Of a stretch of DNA of 64,000 nucleotides, positions 10,738-20,490 are shown piece after piece (position 1 is the stretch's first letter; each line of letters starts with the position of its first letter). Both the position numbers and the translations under genes were made by a program. The stretch comes from Coleofasciculus sp. B1-GNL1-01. Its GTDB lineage: Bacteria > Cyanobacteriota > Cyanobacteriia > Cyanobacteriales > Coleofasciculaceae. Under the pieces are notes generated by a model that had not been told where the DNA came from, made no database searches, and worked only from the letters and a program-made list of their open reading frames with translations. The stretch lies in the NCBI GenBank assembly GCA_040220235.1, contig JAVJTO010000047.1. One strand, 5' to 3'.

Positions 10738-10929
10738 TTTGTCCTTTGTCTTATGTCCTTTGTCAAGGGTCAATGGTCAAAACAAGAGTGAGATGGGATA
10801 CATTGATTCTTGACAACCTTCGAGGGTATATTTTTGCCTATTCCCCATTCCCTTTTGCCGAATGACGTAGCTTGCTTCTCGCGAAGCGAGTATGACGAAT
10901 GACGAATGACGAATGACAAATGACAAACC

Positions 10930-11934
10930 ATGGACTTACTGCGATCGCTCCCGTTAGGGCTATACCTGGAACAACCTGTAACTTGGCTCCATTACCTGGA
11001 TTCTCGGGTAAAACTTATCTGGTTAATGAGCTTTTTGGCAGTACCTTTATTAGCCAATCCCTATTGCCGTTTGGCAGTTGTTGTGGTACTTATTTTGCTC
11101 ACCCTGTCAGCCCGTATCCCCTTACGGGTTTGGCGTCAGCAGATGGGTTGGTTGCTGATGCTATCAGTATTTGTGTTTATTCTCACCGCGATCGCACCCG
11201 ATGGATTGGCGGTTGATCATCAGTATCGGCTTCCTGAGGCGGACATCCTCATGGTTGAGTCTGCTGAAACCTCAGCACAGGCATCGCCTCAACCTAGACC
11301 CTGGTATAATCCTTTTGGCATCGGACGTGAATTGGTTCCAGAGGCTTCTGAAAGTGAAACCTTTATCTTGACCAATTTACCCCAACCGACGGACTACAGA
11401 TATATTCTCCTGGAAGCGGGTCCAGTAACAATTACCCGTCGCTCATTGGATCTAGCGGTTCGGGTCAGTACCGTAATTTTTACACTAATTTATAGTACCA
11501 ATCTTTACTTGCTCACCACCGCCCCAGAAGAAATTACCGCCGGGTTAGAAAGTCTAATGCTTCCCTTACGGCGTCTGAATATTCCAGTGACAGAAATTGC
11601 TCTAACATTAACCTTATCCTTGCGTTTTATTCCCTTAGTTTTGGAGGAAGTTCAAAATTTAGTCCGTTCGATTCGGACTCGTGCGATTAACTGGAAAAAG
11701 CTAGGGGTTCGCCGCAGCGCCCAAGTTTGGATCATGGTGACTGAACGGTTATTAGAAAACCTACTCATGCGAGCTGATCAAATTGCCAAAGCGATGACAG
11801 TGCGTGGTTTTACCAGTCCCAACCAGCATCGAGTCCAATGGCATCAACTTCGCTTACACTGGGGAGACTGGATCGCGATCGCGACTTTAGCGCCGTTTTG
11901 GGTAGCGCGGCTGATTTGGGGAGGAATGGGGTGA
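10930..11934 (+). CDS. ECF transporter transmembrane component T (CbiQ/EcfT family)
   Basis: LDSRVKL, LTTAPEEI, LSLRFIPL, AMTVRGF motifs. Confidence 0.9.
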   Translation: MDLLRSLPLGLYLEQPVTWLHYLDSRVKLIWLMSFLAVPLLANPYCRLAVVVVLILLTLSARIPLRVWRQQMGWLLMLSVFVFILTAIAPDGLAVDHQYRLPEADILMVESAETSAQASPQPRPWYNPFGIGRELVPEASESETFILTNLPQPTDYRYILLEAGPVTITRRSLDLAVRVSTVIFTLIYSTNLYLLTTAPEEITAGLESLMLPLRRLNIPVTEIALTLTLSLRFIPLVLEEVQNLVRSIRTRAINWKKLGVRRSAQVWIMVTERLLENLLMRADQIAKAMTVRGFTSPNQHRVQWHQLRLHWGDWIAIATLAPFWVARLIWGGMG

Positions 11935-12074
11935 TGGAGGTAAACAGAATGATAACTGAAATCACATAGTTGTAGGGGCGGGTTTAGGCACTCAATCTGC
12001 TTATTACTGATGACGGAACAACAAAACCCGCCCTTCCTTACGATCAAAAATAGGTTCTTGAGTCGCTCGATTCT

Positions 12075-12839
12075 CTATTCATCGGTGAAATTCTGACAAC
12101 GCGAATTGTGTGGATAAGACTCACAAAATTCATCTAAATCTGTTGAATAAGTCTCGGAATTATCGACTGTTGTTTCTTGAGTTTCCGGTTCCTCTTCGGC
12201 AGGAATTTCCGCGAAAATTCCCGTTAATCGTTCCAAATTGCTTCTTAACGTCAGTCCCAATTCCCGTTCGGTTACTAAGGTCAAAACCTGTGTCGTTGCG
12301 GGCTCAGATTCTCCGGTGAAACCTACCTCAATTTGGGCAATCTTATCCGGTTTGGTGAAAACGGCACCCAGAACGCCGAACAGCAAAGTATTACCAATAA
12401 TCCGACCCACGTTAGCTTTTTTGCCTTCTTGATAGGTTAGGGTATCAACATTACTTGCCGCAACAGTAATTTCCTGGGTGGGTCTTTCATCATCCAAAAC
12501 CGCAAGGCGATCGCCTTGTTCAATATAAGCGGTTATGATTCCCTCAGTGAGGGAGATTTTGCATTTACCGGATAGATCAGTTTCACCAGAGGTTAAGGCG
12601 CAGATTCCCTCATGACCCGAACGCTGTTTGAGCGAGACGGGGGGTTCGTAGCCTTCACAGCGCGAATTTAAGGGGAATTTCGTACATAAGGTGTAAAGGT
12701 CAACTTCCGGGTTAGCTTGTGCGGGACGTGAGGCGGTAAGAAAAAAACTGGTTAGGGAGGTGGTGGCTAGGATTATGGTTGTGGTTCCGCTGAAAACCAG
12801 GCGATTCAGTTTAGGGTAGAAGCTGGAAGTCATAGTCAA
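12075..12839 (-). CDS. Hypothetical secreted protein with duplicated C-x8-C motif
   Basis: Signal-like N-terminus (AQA); LCTKFPLNSRC near N-terminus and FCESYPHNSRC at C-terminus. Confidence 0.7.
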   Translation of the reverse strand: MTMTSSFYPKLNRLVFSGTTTIILATTSLTSFFLTASRPAQANPEVDLYTLCTKFPLNSRCEGYEPPVSLKQRSGHEGICALTSGETDLSGKCKISLTEGIITAYIEQGDRLAVLDDERPTQEITVAASNVDTLTYQEGKKANVGRIIGNTLLFGVLGAVFTKPDKIAQIEVGFTGESEPATTQVLTLVTERELGLTLRSNLERLTGIFAEIPAEEEPETQETTVDNSETYSTDLDEFCESYPHNSRCQNFTDE

Positions 12840-13146
12840 TATCCAAATTATGCCGTCGCTGGAACGTATATCTCGGTAGTGTCAGCTTATGCAGTTTGAA
12901 TTCCCTGTTCCCTGTTACACACCGAGCGAAGCCGAGGTGTTCCCTGTTCCCTAACAAATGACCAATGACCAATGACCAATGACCAATGACCAATCACAAG
13001 CGGTAGGATGATAAATCTACAGTTCTTAGTATCGGTCTATACTTAATCACTCTGCCCTTGTTGTCAGTTTATTGCTGATGACGGGAGTGAAACGCTGAAA
13101 CTGAGAACTGTTGTTGTGTGTGTGAGGTTGGAAAACCCCTTCGTTC

Positions 13147-14556
13147 ATGCTGTCTCTATTCGCCAATTTCTCGCTGGCTCAAGTTGTTATCCCTGTCCCC
13201 CCGACAACCCCAACTCCTCCTCCCGCCCAGGAATTGGTGGTGCAACCCCAGCAAATACGACCCCTACCCGGACAACTGGATCAGATACCTGTCTTTAATA
13301 GCAATAGTCCCGAAGTGATCCAAACCGAGGGGATTCTACTGTCAACCTTCCCCCCTTACGGAAAAGCGAGTCCCGGCGCTCATTTAAATTTTCCGCTTTC
13401 TGGACGCTTTGATATCTTTGCTCATCATATCGCCCGCTCCAATACGCCAGAGGAATGGCGACCCATGTACCAAGGGGTTCTGGTTCACAATGCAGGGAGT
13501 CAACCTGTAACCTTAGATATTTTGCAAGCGGTGAGTTATGTAACCAATCCGGATGCTCCGTTTATCAACTTACCGCCCTATATGGACAATCCCTTTGGTT
13601 TGGTCTACTCTGGTCCTGGTTCACGGGTAGCCACCGATATCCTGCGTGGTGTGCATCAATCCTCCTTTCCGTCTCAAGTTGTTATTCCGCCGCGACAGAG
13701 CGAAATGGTATTCAATTTACCGATTGCTTTGGGCAATTCCCGGTCTACGTTGATGCGTCTGCGAACCAATCGACCTGTTTATATGGCAAGTTTAGCCATG
13801 TATGCACCCCTGAATTCCGATCGCAAAGTGGATGGAAAACCTTTAGGAACACCTGGGCTTCCCTATCGTCCACCGACTCTTGACGAATGGCGGTATTTAT
13901 TATTTAAAGGCAATTTAGCCGGACCACGCGATCGCATCCCGACACCACCCAACCAGACGGACGGTAAAATTGTCTATGGTCGGGTCGCAGGTGTGGCGGT
14001 CGGTTCTCAATGGCGTACTGAGGTTGTAGATCGCCCGGGTGCGTCGAATCTGAGTATTCCTCAACCGGGTCAAGCATTTTCCTATCCCCTAAGTACGGTA
14101 CCGTTTATCACCTTAGGGACTGATCAAGTGCAGAGTGCGCCCCTGAAAGTCCGTTACCCCGATACTGCTTATCGCGCCCATGGTAATTATGGGGTGCATT
14201 ATCACCTCACCTTGCCTTTAGTCAACCGGACAGATGCTTCCCAAACCGTAACTTTAGCCATTCAAACCCCGCTTAAACCCGACGAAGAAGAAGAAACCGA
14301 CAACCTGCACTTTTTGAATCCTCCCGATTCCCAAGTCTTCTTTCGGGGTACAGTACAACTTCGCTACACCGATGATCGGGGATTAGCCCGTACCCGTTCA
14401 GTTCATCTAGTGCAACATCGGGGTCAAGCTGGAGAACCGTTGCTGACGCTAAAAATGCCTCCAGGCGATCGCCGTTTTGTCGAAGTTGACTTTATCTATC
14501 CGGCAGATGCAACGCCACCCCAGGTGTTAACCATTCGGACATTACGATCGCCTTAA
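13147..14556 (+). CDS. DUF3370 family protein
   Basis: PVFNSNSPE, GILLSTFP, AHGNYGV, YPADATPPQVLT conserved cyanobacterial motifs. Confidence 0.85.
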   Translation: MLSLFANFSLAQVVIPVPPTTPTPPPAQELVVQPQQIRPLPGQLDQIPVFNSNSPEVIQTEGILLSTFPPYGKASPGAHLNFPLSGRFDIFAHHIARSNTPEEWRPMYQGVLVHNAGSQPVTLDILQAVSYVTNPDAPFINLPPYMDNPFGLVYSGPGSRVATDILRGVHQSSFPSQVVIPPRQSEMVFNLPIALGNSRSTLMRLRTNRPVYMASLAMYAPLNSDRKVDGKPLGTPGLPYRPPTLDEWRYLLFKGNLAGPRDRIPTPPNQTDGKIVYGRVAGVAVGSQWRTEVVDRPGASNLSIPQPGQAFSYPLSTVPFITLGTDQVQSAPLKVRYPDTAYRAHGNYGVHYHLTLPLVNRTDASQTVTLAIQTPLKPDEEEETDNLHFLNPPDSQVFFRGTVQLRYTDDRGLARTRSVHLVQHRGQAGEPLLTLKMPPGDRRFVEVDFIYPADATPPQVLTIRTLRSP

Positions 14557-14807
14557 GAAGGCTGGGGGCGCTGGGGAAGCTAGGGAAGCTGGGGAAGCTG
14601 GGGAAGCTTGGGAAGCAATTAGAACGTCTATTGTAGGGGCGGGTTTTACCATTAACATTGGCTTGTCATCCTGATATCACTAAACCCGCCCCGATTGAGT
14701 GCTTCGATAAATGACGTAGCTTGCTGGGAGCGAAGCGAGTATGAGCAATGACCAATGACCAATGACCAATGACCAATGACAATCTAAATTATTCCCACCT
14801 CCTTAAT

Positions 14808-15038
14808 TTAGCCATCTGGGAACTGCCAACAGGGAATCCGTTCAATATTGTGGCTACCGCAGTGATTACAGGCACTCTTTAACGAGGAGTCCACCCATTC
14901 ATCACCGCAATGGCGACAATGACAAAAAATATTGTTGTGATTGGCGATTTCGATTTTCTGACGCCATTGGTTCAACAGAGTATTATCTTGTTCGTTTTCG
15001 TTGCCAATTTCTGACATAGTATTATTCAACACCTGCAA
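14808..15038 (-). CDS. Small zinc-ribbon hypothetical protein
   Basis: CHCRHCG...ACNHCGS...CWQFPDG. Confidence 0.7.
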   Translation of the reverse strand: MQVLNNTMSEIGNENEQDNTLLNQWRQKIEIANHNNIFCHCRHCGDEWVDSSLKSACNHCGSHNIERIPCWQFPDG

Positions 15039-15276
15039 AACCGTTGTAATGCGTTAAGCGAAGCCATGCCGCAGGCTTTGCATCTTGCTCGCTACCCATT
15101 CCCAATTTAAATGGGTGACAACTTATGCAGCAAACCCTAGCTTAAATCTGAGGTAGGAGCAGGTGCAAGTCACTCCAGAAAAGATATCATCGATACATTC
15201 AACTAAACCCGCTCTTCCAGGGCAAACCCCAACGAAGAGGGCGATACAATTAGTTAGTGCCAGCGCTCTTGGAAAC

Positions 15277-16707
15277 ATGGAAATTTACTGCACTCGTCCC
15301 ACCTGTCCTCGCCCTCAAAACTTTTTTGCCGATCTCGATGACAAGGCGACACTGCAAACGGCACAACAGAAGTATTGTACGGCTTGTGGAATGCCCTTGA
15401 TTTTAGTGGGTCGCTATCTTCCTACCAAGTTACTGGGTCAGGGCGGCTTTGGTACCGCATTTCTGGCACGCGATCGCTATACGCCAACGATGCGTGATTG
15501 TGTCGTGAAGCAGTTCCAGCCGTCTGGTGATTTAAGCCCCCAACAACTCGCTATTGCCCAAGGTTTATTTGAACGGGAAGCGGAGGTATTAGAACAACTC
15601 GGTAATGATCATCCCCAAATTCCCAATCTTTATGCTTTTTTCCCCTTAAGTGTTAGTAACCTACACCAATCGGGTAAAGAAGACCAGTTTTTCTACTTAG
15701 TCCAGGAATTTATTGATGGACAAGACTTGGAGGAGGAACTGCAAACCAAAGGGACATTCTCTGAAGCTGAAGTCTTAGAGGTGTTACGAGCAATGCTCAA
15801 GGTACTCCAGTTTGTCCATGATAATGGTTCAATCCATCGGGATATTAAGCCCTCTAATATTATGCGTCACCAGAATGGACGCTTGTACCTGTTGGATTTT
15901 GGTGCGGTTAAACAAGTCACCAAAGGCGCAGCCGGAACCCCCTCTGGTAAATCTACGGGAATTTATTCGATGGGATTTGCGCCACCCGAACAGATGTCAG
16001 GGGCGCAAGTGTACCCGTCAACAGACTTGTATGCGTTGGCGGTAACGTTGATTATGTTGCTGACGGGGAAAGAGCCAGAAGAGTTATATGATTCCTACAA
16101 TAACTCTTGGAACTGGAGACCCTACACCCAGGTTAGTGATACGCTAGCAGACGTCTTAAACCGTATGCTTCTGCCAACCCCAAATAAACGCTTTCAATCG
16201 GCTCAAGAGGTGATGGACGCCCTCAAACCGCGTCGAACTCCCCCAGCACCACCGCCTCCACCTCCCCCCACTCCCAAACCCCAACCAGCCGTTCAACCCC
16301 AACCTGTGGTTCAACCGCAACCTGTGGTTCAGCAACAACCCGCGATTCAGCGACAAAAACCCAACTTTACCCTATCAGAAACCTTAATCGGGGCAGGGTT
16401 TACTGGCTTTGAAGGAGCGTTACTGTTTATTGCACTGAAAAGTTTTCTGGGAATCTCAGGGATTAGTGTGGGATTAGTGGGAATGATTGTCGGGGGTTTA
16501 ATTTATACGCAATACCGCCGGATTATTGAAGGCAAAGACTTGCTAATTTTAGCTGGAATAACATTGGTATTACTGTTCATACCAGCATTACGGCTTGGGT
16601 TATCCATTCCTGGCGTCATCTTGGCTGGAGTGTTGGTTGGCGCAGGTGCGATCGCCATTACTGCTCTATTTCGCTTGATTTATTTACTACTGTCTCGTTT
16701 TCTGTGA
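15277..16707 (+). CDS. Ser/Thr protein kinase with 4-Cys prefix, Pro/Gln linker and C-terminal TM helices (ORF open from 15163)
   Basis: GQGGFG, VVKQ, HRDIKPSN, DFG, APPEQ all intact. Confidence 0.93.
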   Translation: MEIYCTRPTCPRPQNFFADLDDKATLQTAQQKYCTACGMPLILVGRYLPTKLLGQGGFGTAFLARDRYTPTMRDCVVKQFQPSGDLSPQQLAIAQGLFEREAEVLEQLGNDHPQIPNLYAFFPLSVSNLHQSGKEDQFFYLVQEFIDGQDLEEELQTKGTFSEAEVLEVLRAMLKVLQFVHDNGSIHRDIKPSNIMRHQNGRLYLLDFGAVKQVTKGAAGTPSGKSTGIYSMGFAPPEQMSGAQVYPSTDLYALAVTLIMLLTGKEPEELYDSYNNSWNWRPYTQVSDTLADVLNRMLLPTPNKRFQSAQEVMDALKPRRTPPAPPPPPPPTPKPQPAVQPQPVVQPQPVVQQQPAIQRQKPNFTLSETLIGAGFTGFEGALLFIALKSFLGISGISVGLVGMIVGGLIYTQYRRIIEGKDLLILAGITLVLLFIPALRLGLSIPGVILAGVLVGAGAIAITALFRLIYLLLSRFL

Positions 16708-16887
16708 AGCTAAGGGAGATACAAGGCGCGATCGCACCGCTCATATTTGATAACCGTCTTGGTACTATAGACTACCAGTTTAGTCATAAAATCGATCTAA
16801 AATTGACCCAAAACTGTAACTCAAACTAGGCAATACTTCATTCTATAACTTATAGATTCTGCCCTATGTCTTCTTTGGATATGAACA

Positions 16888-17133
16888 GTCAACAACTCAC
16901 CGCTAAGTTCTAGCGAACTATAGCGGGAGCTTGTGAAAACAGGCTCTAGTTGACCAGACTAAGTTCTGCGAGAACTACGTTATTCAGCTCATGACACCCT
17001 AAGATGCGTGCCAGTTTTAGGCTCTGTCGTACAGTTTTAAACAGGTGTAGAGAGTTAAGCCAGTGAGCTGTACCCAACAAGGCTGGATAACATTGTCGAG
17101 GCAAACTTTACCAGTAATGAGAGTCTCAAAGTA
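16888..17133 (+). ncRNA. omegaRNA / HEARO RNA scaffold of IscB
   Basis: GTCAAC...GTTGACCAGACTAAG opening stem, CTACGTT, GACACC...TGC..GCCAG...GCTCTGTCG, ACATTGTCGAGG blocks typical of HEARO, directly upstream of iscB. Confidence 0.9.
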
Positions 17134-18417
17134 ATGCGAGTTTTCGTTCTAGACAAAAACCTACAGCCTCTTGACCCTTGCCATCCAGCACGGGCAAGAG
17201 AATTACTGAACAAAGGGAGGGCTAAAGTATTCAAGCGCTATCCATTTACTATCGCCCTACAAGACAGAACCGTTGAAGAATCGGTTACGCACCCACATCG
17301 GGTCAAAATCGATCCTGGTAGTAAAGTAACCGGATTGGCAATCGTCCAAGAAGAAACGGGGCGAGTAACAAACGCCATTGAAGTTTCGCACCGAGGCCAA
17401 CAAATTAAAGATTCCCTCTTAGCTCGCAGGTCATTAAGGAGGGGACGCCGTAACCGTAAAACCCGTTACCGCCAGCCTCGTTTCTTAAACAGAACCCGTA
17501 AAACCGGATGGCTACCACCATCCCTTGAGAGTCGAATTGCAAATATTGAAACTTGGGTGAGGCGAATCAGAAAACTGTGCCCAGTTATCGCAATCTCTCA
17601 AGAGCTAGTCAGGTTCGATTTGCAGCATATCCCAAACCCTGAAATTAATGGGGTTGAGTACCAACGAGGTGAACTGTTTGGTTTTGAGGTCAAAGAGTAT
17701 TTACTTGCCAAATGGAACAGAAAATGCGCTTACTGCGGGGTTGAAAACGTTCCGTTCGAGATTGAACACATTCTGGCAAAAAGTAAGGGTGGTTCAAACC
17801 GAGTCAGCAATCTTTGCCTTAGCTGTCATTCTTGTAACCAAGCCAAAAGAAACAAACCCGTTGAAGAATTCCTGAAAAAGAAGCCTGAAATCCTCAAGCG
17901 AGTATTAGCTCAAGCCAAAGCACCTCTTAAAGATGCTGCGGCTGTTAACGCTACTCGATGGGAACTGTATCGAAGGCTTCAGTCAACTGGTTTGCCAGTA
18001 GAGGTAGGTTCTGGAGGTCGCACTAAGTTCAACCGTAAAACTAGAGGGATTGAAAAACAACACTGGACTGATGCAGCCTGTGTGGGAGCATCTACTCCTG
18101 AACGGTTATTAATTCGAGGAATCAAACCTCTAAAAATTGCCGCAAAAGGACACGGAACCAGACAGCGTTGTCGTCCTAACAAGTACGGATTCCCTAAAGC
18201 TCACGCTCCTAAAGCAAAGTATTTCCAGGGTTTTCAAACTGGCGACATTGTTAAAGCTGATGTTCAAAAAGGCAAGTTCGCAGGTCAATATGTTGGTCGA
18301 ATTGCTATTCGATTTAGACCGAGTTTTGTATTGCAGTTGCCAACACAAAAGTTTGATGTACATCCCAAATACTTGAGAACTATTCATAAGGCAGACGGCT
18401 ATGAATACCAATCCTGA
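17134..18417 (+). CDS. iscB: RNA-guided endonuclease IscB
   Basis: PLDPCHP (PLMP), RuvC-I IDPGS, RRxRR bridge helix, RuvC-II QELVRFD, HNH CAYC..EHI..N..CHSCN, RuvC-III HWTDAACVG. Confidence 0.96.
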   Translation: MRVFVLDKNLQPLDPCHPARARELLNKGRAKVFKRYPFTIALQDRTVEESVTHPHRVKIDPGSKVTGLAIVQEETGRVTNAIEVSHRGQQIKDSLLARRSLRRGRRNRKTRYRQPRFLNRTRKTGWLPPSLESRIANIETWVRRIRKLCPVIAISQELVRFDLQHIPNPEINGVEYQRGELFGFEVKEYLLAKWNRKCAYCGVENVPFEIEHILAKSKGGSNRVSNLCLSCHSCNQAKRNKPVEEFLKKKPEILKRVLAQAKAPLKDAAAVNATRWELYRRLQSTGLPVEVGSGGRTKFNRKTRGIEKQHWTDAACVGASTPERLLIRGIKPLKIAAKGHGTRQRCRPNKYGFPKAHAPKAKYFQGFQTGDIVKADVQKGKFAGQYVGRIAIRFRPSFVLQLPTQKFDVHPKYLRTIHKADGYEYQS

Positions 18418-18548
18418 AAACAATGATTCGCTATCGCTCAATTTCAATGTTGGCGGCAATTCCCCTCCCGCTAACCTTCGGTATAACGGGAGTCCCCTTC
18501 CCGCATCTAAGATGGCACGTCTCTACATTGCTTCCCCATCTTCCCGAC

Positions 18549-19370
18549 TTAGCGCCCTGTGTAGGTGACAAAGATATCCTTGTTTACGGTAACTTCTACA
18601 GGAGCAGTAGGATCGTACACTGATGAAGTAGTATTGCCAAAAGGTAAATTTCCCTCTGAGTCACATCCGGGTAAGAAAACCTCATAGAAGGGTTCAGCGA
18701 CTGAGGGGACTAGCCTCAGTTGAGTTCCCATCGCCGCAGCTAGACTGTTGGCTCGGTTTTGAGCATCTTCAACGGCTGATTGATAAGCGGCTTGGACTAG
18801 GGCTTGACAGTTATTCACCGCATATTCTACGTTAACTGTACTGATCAGAATCTCTTCAATCGGGCTGGCTGCATCCGTTGCTGTATTGACAATTTCCTCT
18901 AAGCGATCGCGGTTAGGATTGTCCACAGTAACAACAAGCTGCGCTCCTCCTTCTGTGGCGGTGGAGGGAAAGGGAAAAGGCAAAAAACTACCACTGGGTT
19001 CAAGAATTTCTAAGTCAATCGCTTGATCAGAAACGCCAATGGCTTGGAGTGCATCCAGAATGGGTTGCAACATCTCTAAGGTTACGTTCTCTTCTGAAGG
19101 TTCAAATTGAGACAAGACTCCCTCTGGCGGCGACGGATAGTTTCTGGCAAATTTAAACAGGAGACTAGCTCTATCAGCAGGTTGGCTGGCTCGACCTTTG
19201 CCAATCACCCGAAATGTCGGTTCTTCGCTGGGTGGCGGATAAAATAACTGACTGATTTGACGAGCATCGGGCGTTGAGTCGTTACTGATAGTCTCAGTCT
19301 TACCTGGATTAGGAATAAAACTTGTCGTGATAACAGCGACAACCAAAGATGACATAACTCTTTTTTTCAT
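18549..19370 (-). CDS. SIMPL (DUF541) domain protein
   Basis: Signal peptide, VIGKGRASQPADRA, AYQSAVEDAQNRANSLAAAMG. Confidence 0.8.
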   Translation of the reverse strand: MKKRVMSSLVVAVITTSFIPNPGKTETISNDSTPDARQISQLFYPPPSEEPTFRVIGKGRASQPADRASLLFKFARNYPSPPEGVLSQFEPSEENVTLEMLQPILDALQAIGVSDQAIDLEILEPSGSFLPFPFPSTATEGGAQLVVTVDNPNRDRLEEIVNTATDAASPIEEILISTVNVEYAVNNCQALVQAAYQSAVEDAQNRANSLAAAMGTQLRLVPSVAEPFYEVFLPGCDSEGNLPFGNTTSSVYDPTAPVEVTVNKDIFVTYTGR

Positions 19371-19577
19371 CTGCCCGATTCTCCTGACCCCTTTGGCAAA
19401 AATAGTGGTTCAATTATCCAACAGCAAAATTATCCTAGCCCAGTTCCGCCCAAAACTATACCCGCTAGAACAAATAGTCATAAAATTCACCACCCCATCA
19501 ACGATTAGGGTGGTGAACAATATCACGAGCAGATGATGTCTTGTCTTATAGCTAGCCCGGTACAGTCTCAAATCCGA

Positions 19578-20195
19578 TTAACTGTCATACATTCGAGATT
19601 CCAGGGCTTCGGGATACTCTTGGCAATATTCCTCAAACGCTGTTTGGGGGAGTTTTTCTGCCCGTTGGTGTGCCGCTTCTGCTTGCAGTTCTTCCACAAT
19701 ATCCCAGGCGGCGGCACATTCTTTAGAGGTGGGTCCTTTTTCAGCGCAGACAGCCCGTGCTTCTTCTACCGCTTTGCGGATTTCGTCTTCAAGAAGTACG
19801 CTCTTGGGTTTATCGAGAAAATCTCCTTTGGTGAGAATATCGGTAACAGAGATAATACCCAATAGTTTGTCCTTGATCACTGGAGCGCGGCGAATACCTG
19901 TATTGGCAAACAATCGCGCCACGTACTCGACACCGAGGTCAGGATTGACCACAATGCAGGGCTTATTCATAATTTCATAAACCCGGACTTTTTTGGGATC
20001 TTTGCCATAGGCAATAATTTTATAAACAATATCCGTTTCCGTGACGATGCCATAAGCATCTTGGTCATGGCGGCGATCTACAATTAAAGCCCGTAGACCC
20101 ATATCGTTCATCAAATCCACAGCATCAGCTACGGTGGCTGAACCGCGAATGGTGACCACATCAGTAGTCATGATGTCTTGAGCCTTCATCATCAT
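19578..20195 (-). CDS. CBS-CP12 fusion protein
   Basis: CBS pair (DIMTTDVVTI, GIVTETDI, GIISVTDIL) plus CP12 signature ECAAAWDIVEELQA; AGGAG RBS. Confidence 0.93.
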   Translation of the reverse strand: MMMKAQDIMTTDVVTIRGSATVADAVDLMNDMGLRALIVDRRHDQDAYGIVTETDIVYKIIAYGKDPKKVRVYEIMNKPCIVVNPDLGVEYVARLFANTGIRRAPVIKDKLLGIISVTDILTKGDFLDKPKSVLLEDEIRKAVEEARAVCAEKGPTSKECAAAWDIVEELQAEAAHQRAEKLPQTAFEEYCQEYPEALESRMYDS

Positions 20196-20490
20196 TTGAG
20201 TTTCTCCTGGACGTTGATCTGCCTTTATGATGTGACAGGTAAGTCAATCAGTCCTCAGACAATGCTTACGTTGGAAGCTGATTCTTCCAAGCCCCGAACT
20301 CTGAGAGATTAGGGTCATTGACCTGTAGGGACTTCTATCGTGGAGCATTTTGGATTAAGGTTGTCTCTTGTTGCTCTACCTGGAGAGTCCCACGGACTTT
20401 ACCGCCATTTTAGCGTGATTTAGGTACTATTGCTTATCTAGAACCTATGCACCAATAGCGAAGGATGACTGGTTTCCCTGAATCTCCTGG

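Larger units (their letters stand above)
16888..18511 (+). mobile_element. Non-autonomous IS200/IS605-superfamily IscB element (no tnpA)
   Basis: Related subterminal hairpins at both ends (CTCACCGCTA..TAGCGGGAG and CTCCCGCTA..TAACGGGAG); ends just before ATGG; boundaries inferred. Confidence 0.8.

Noticed and set aside
18423..18623. 66-aa ORF after iscB
   Set aside because: Runs through the element right end and a REP and overlaps the SIMPL gene antisense
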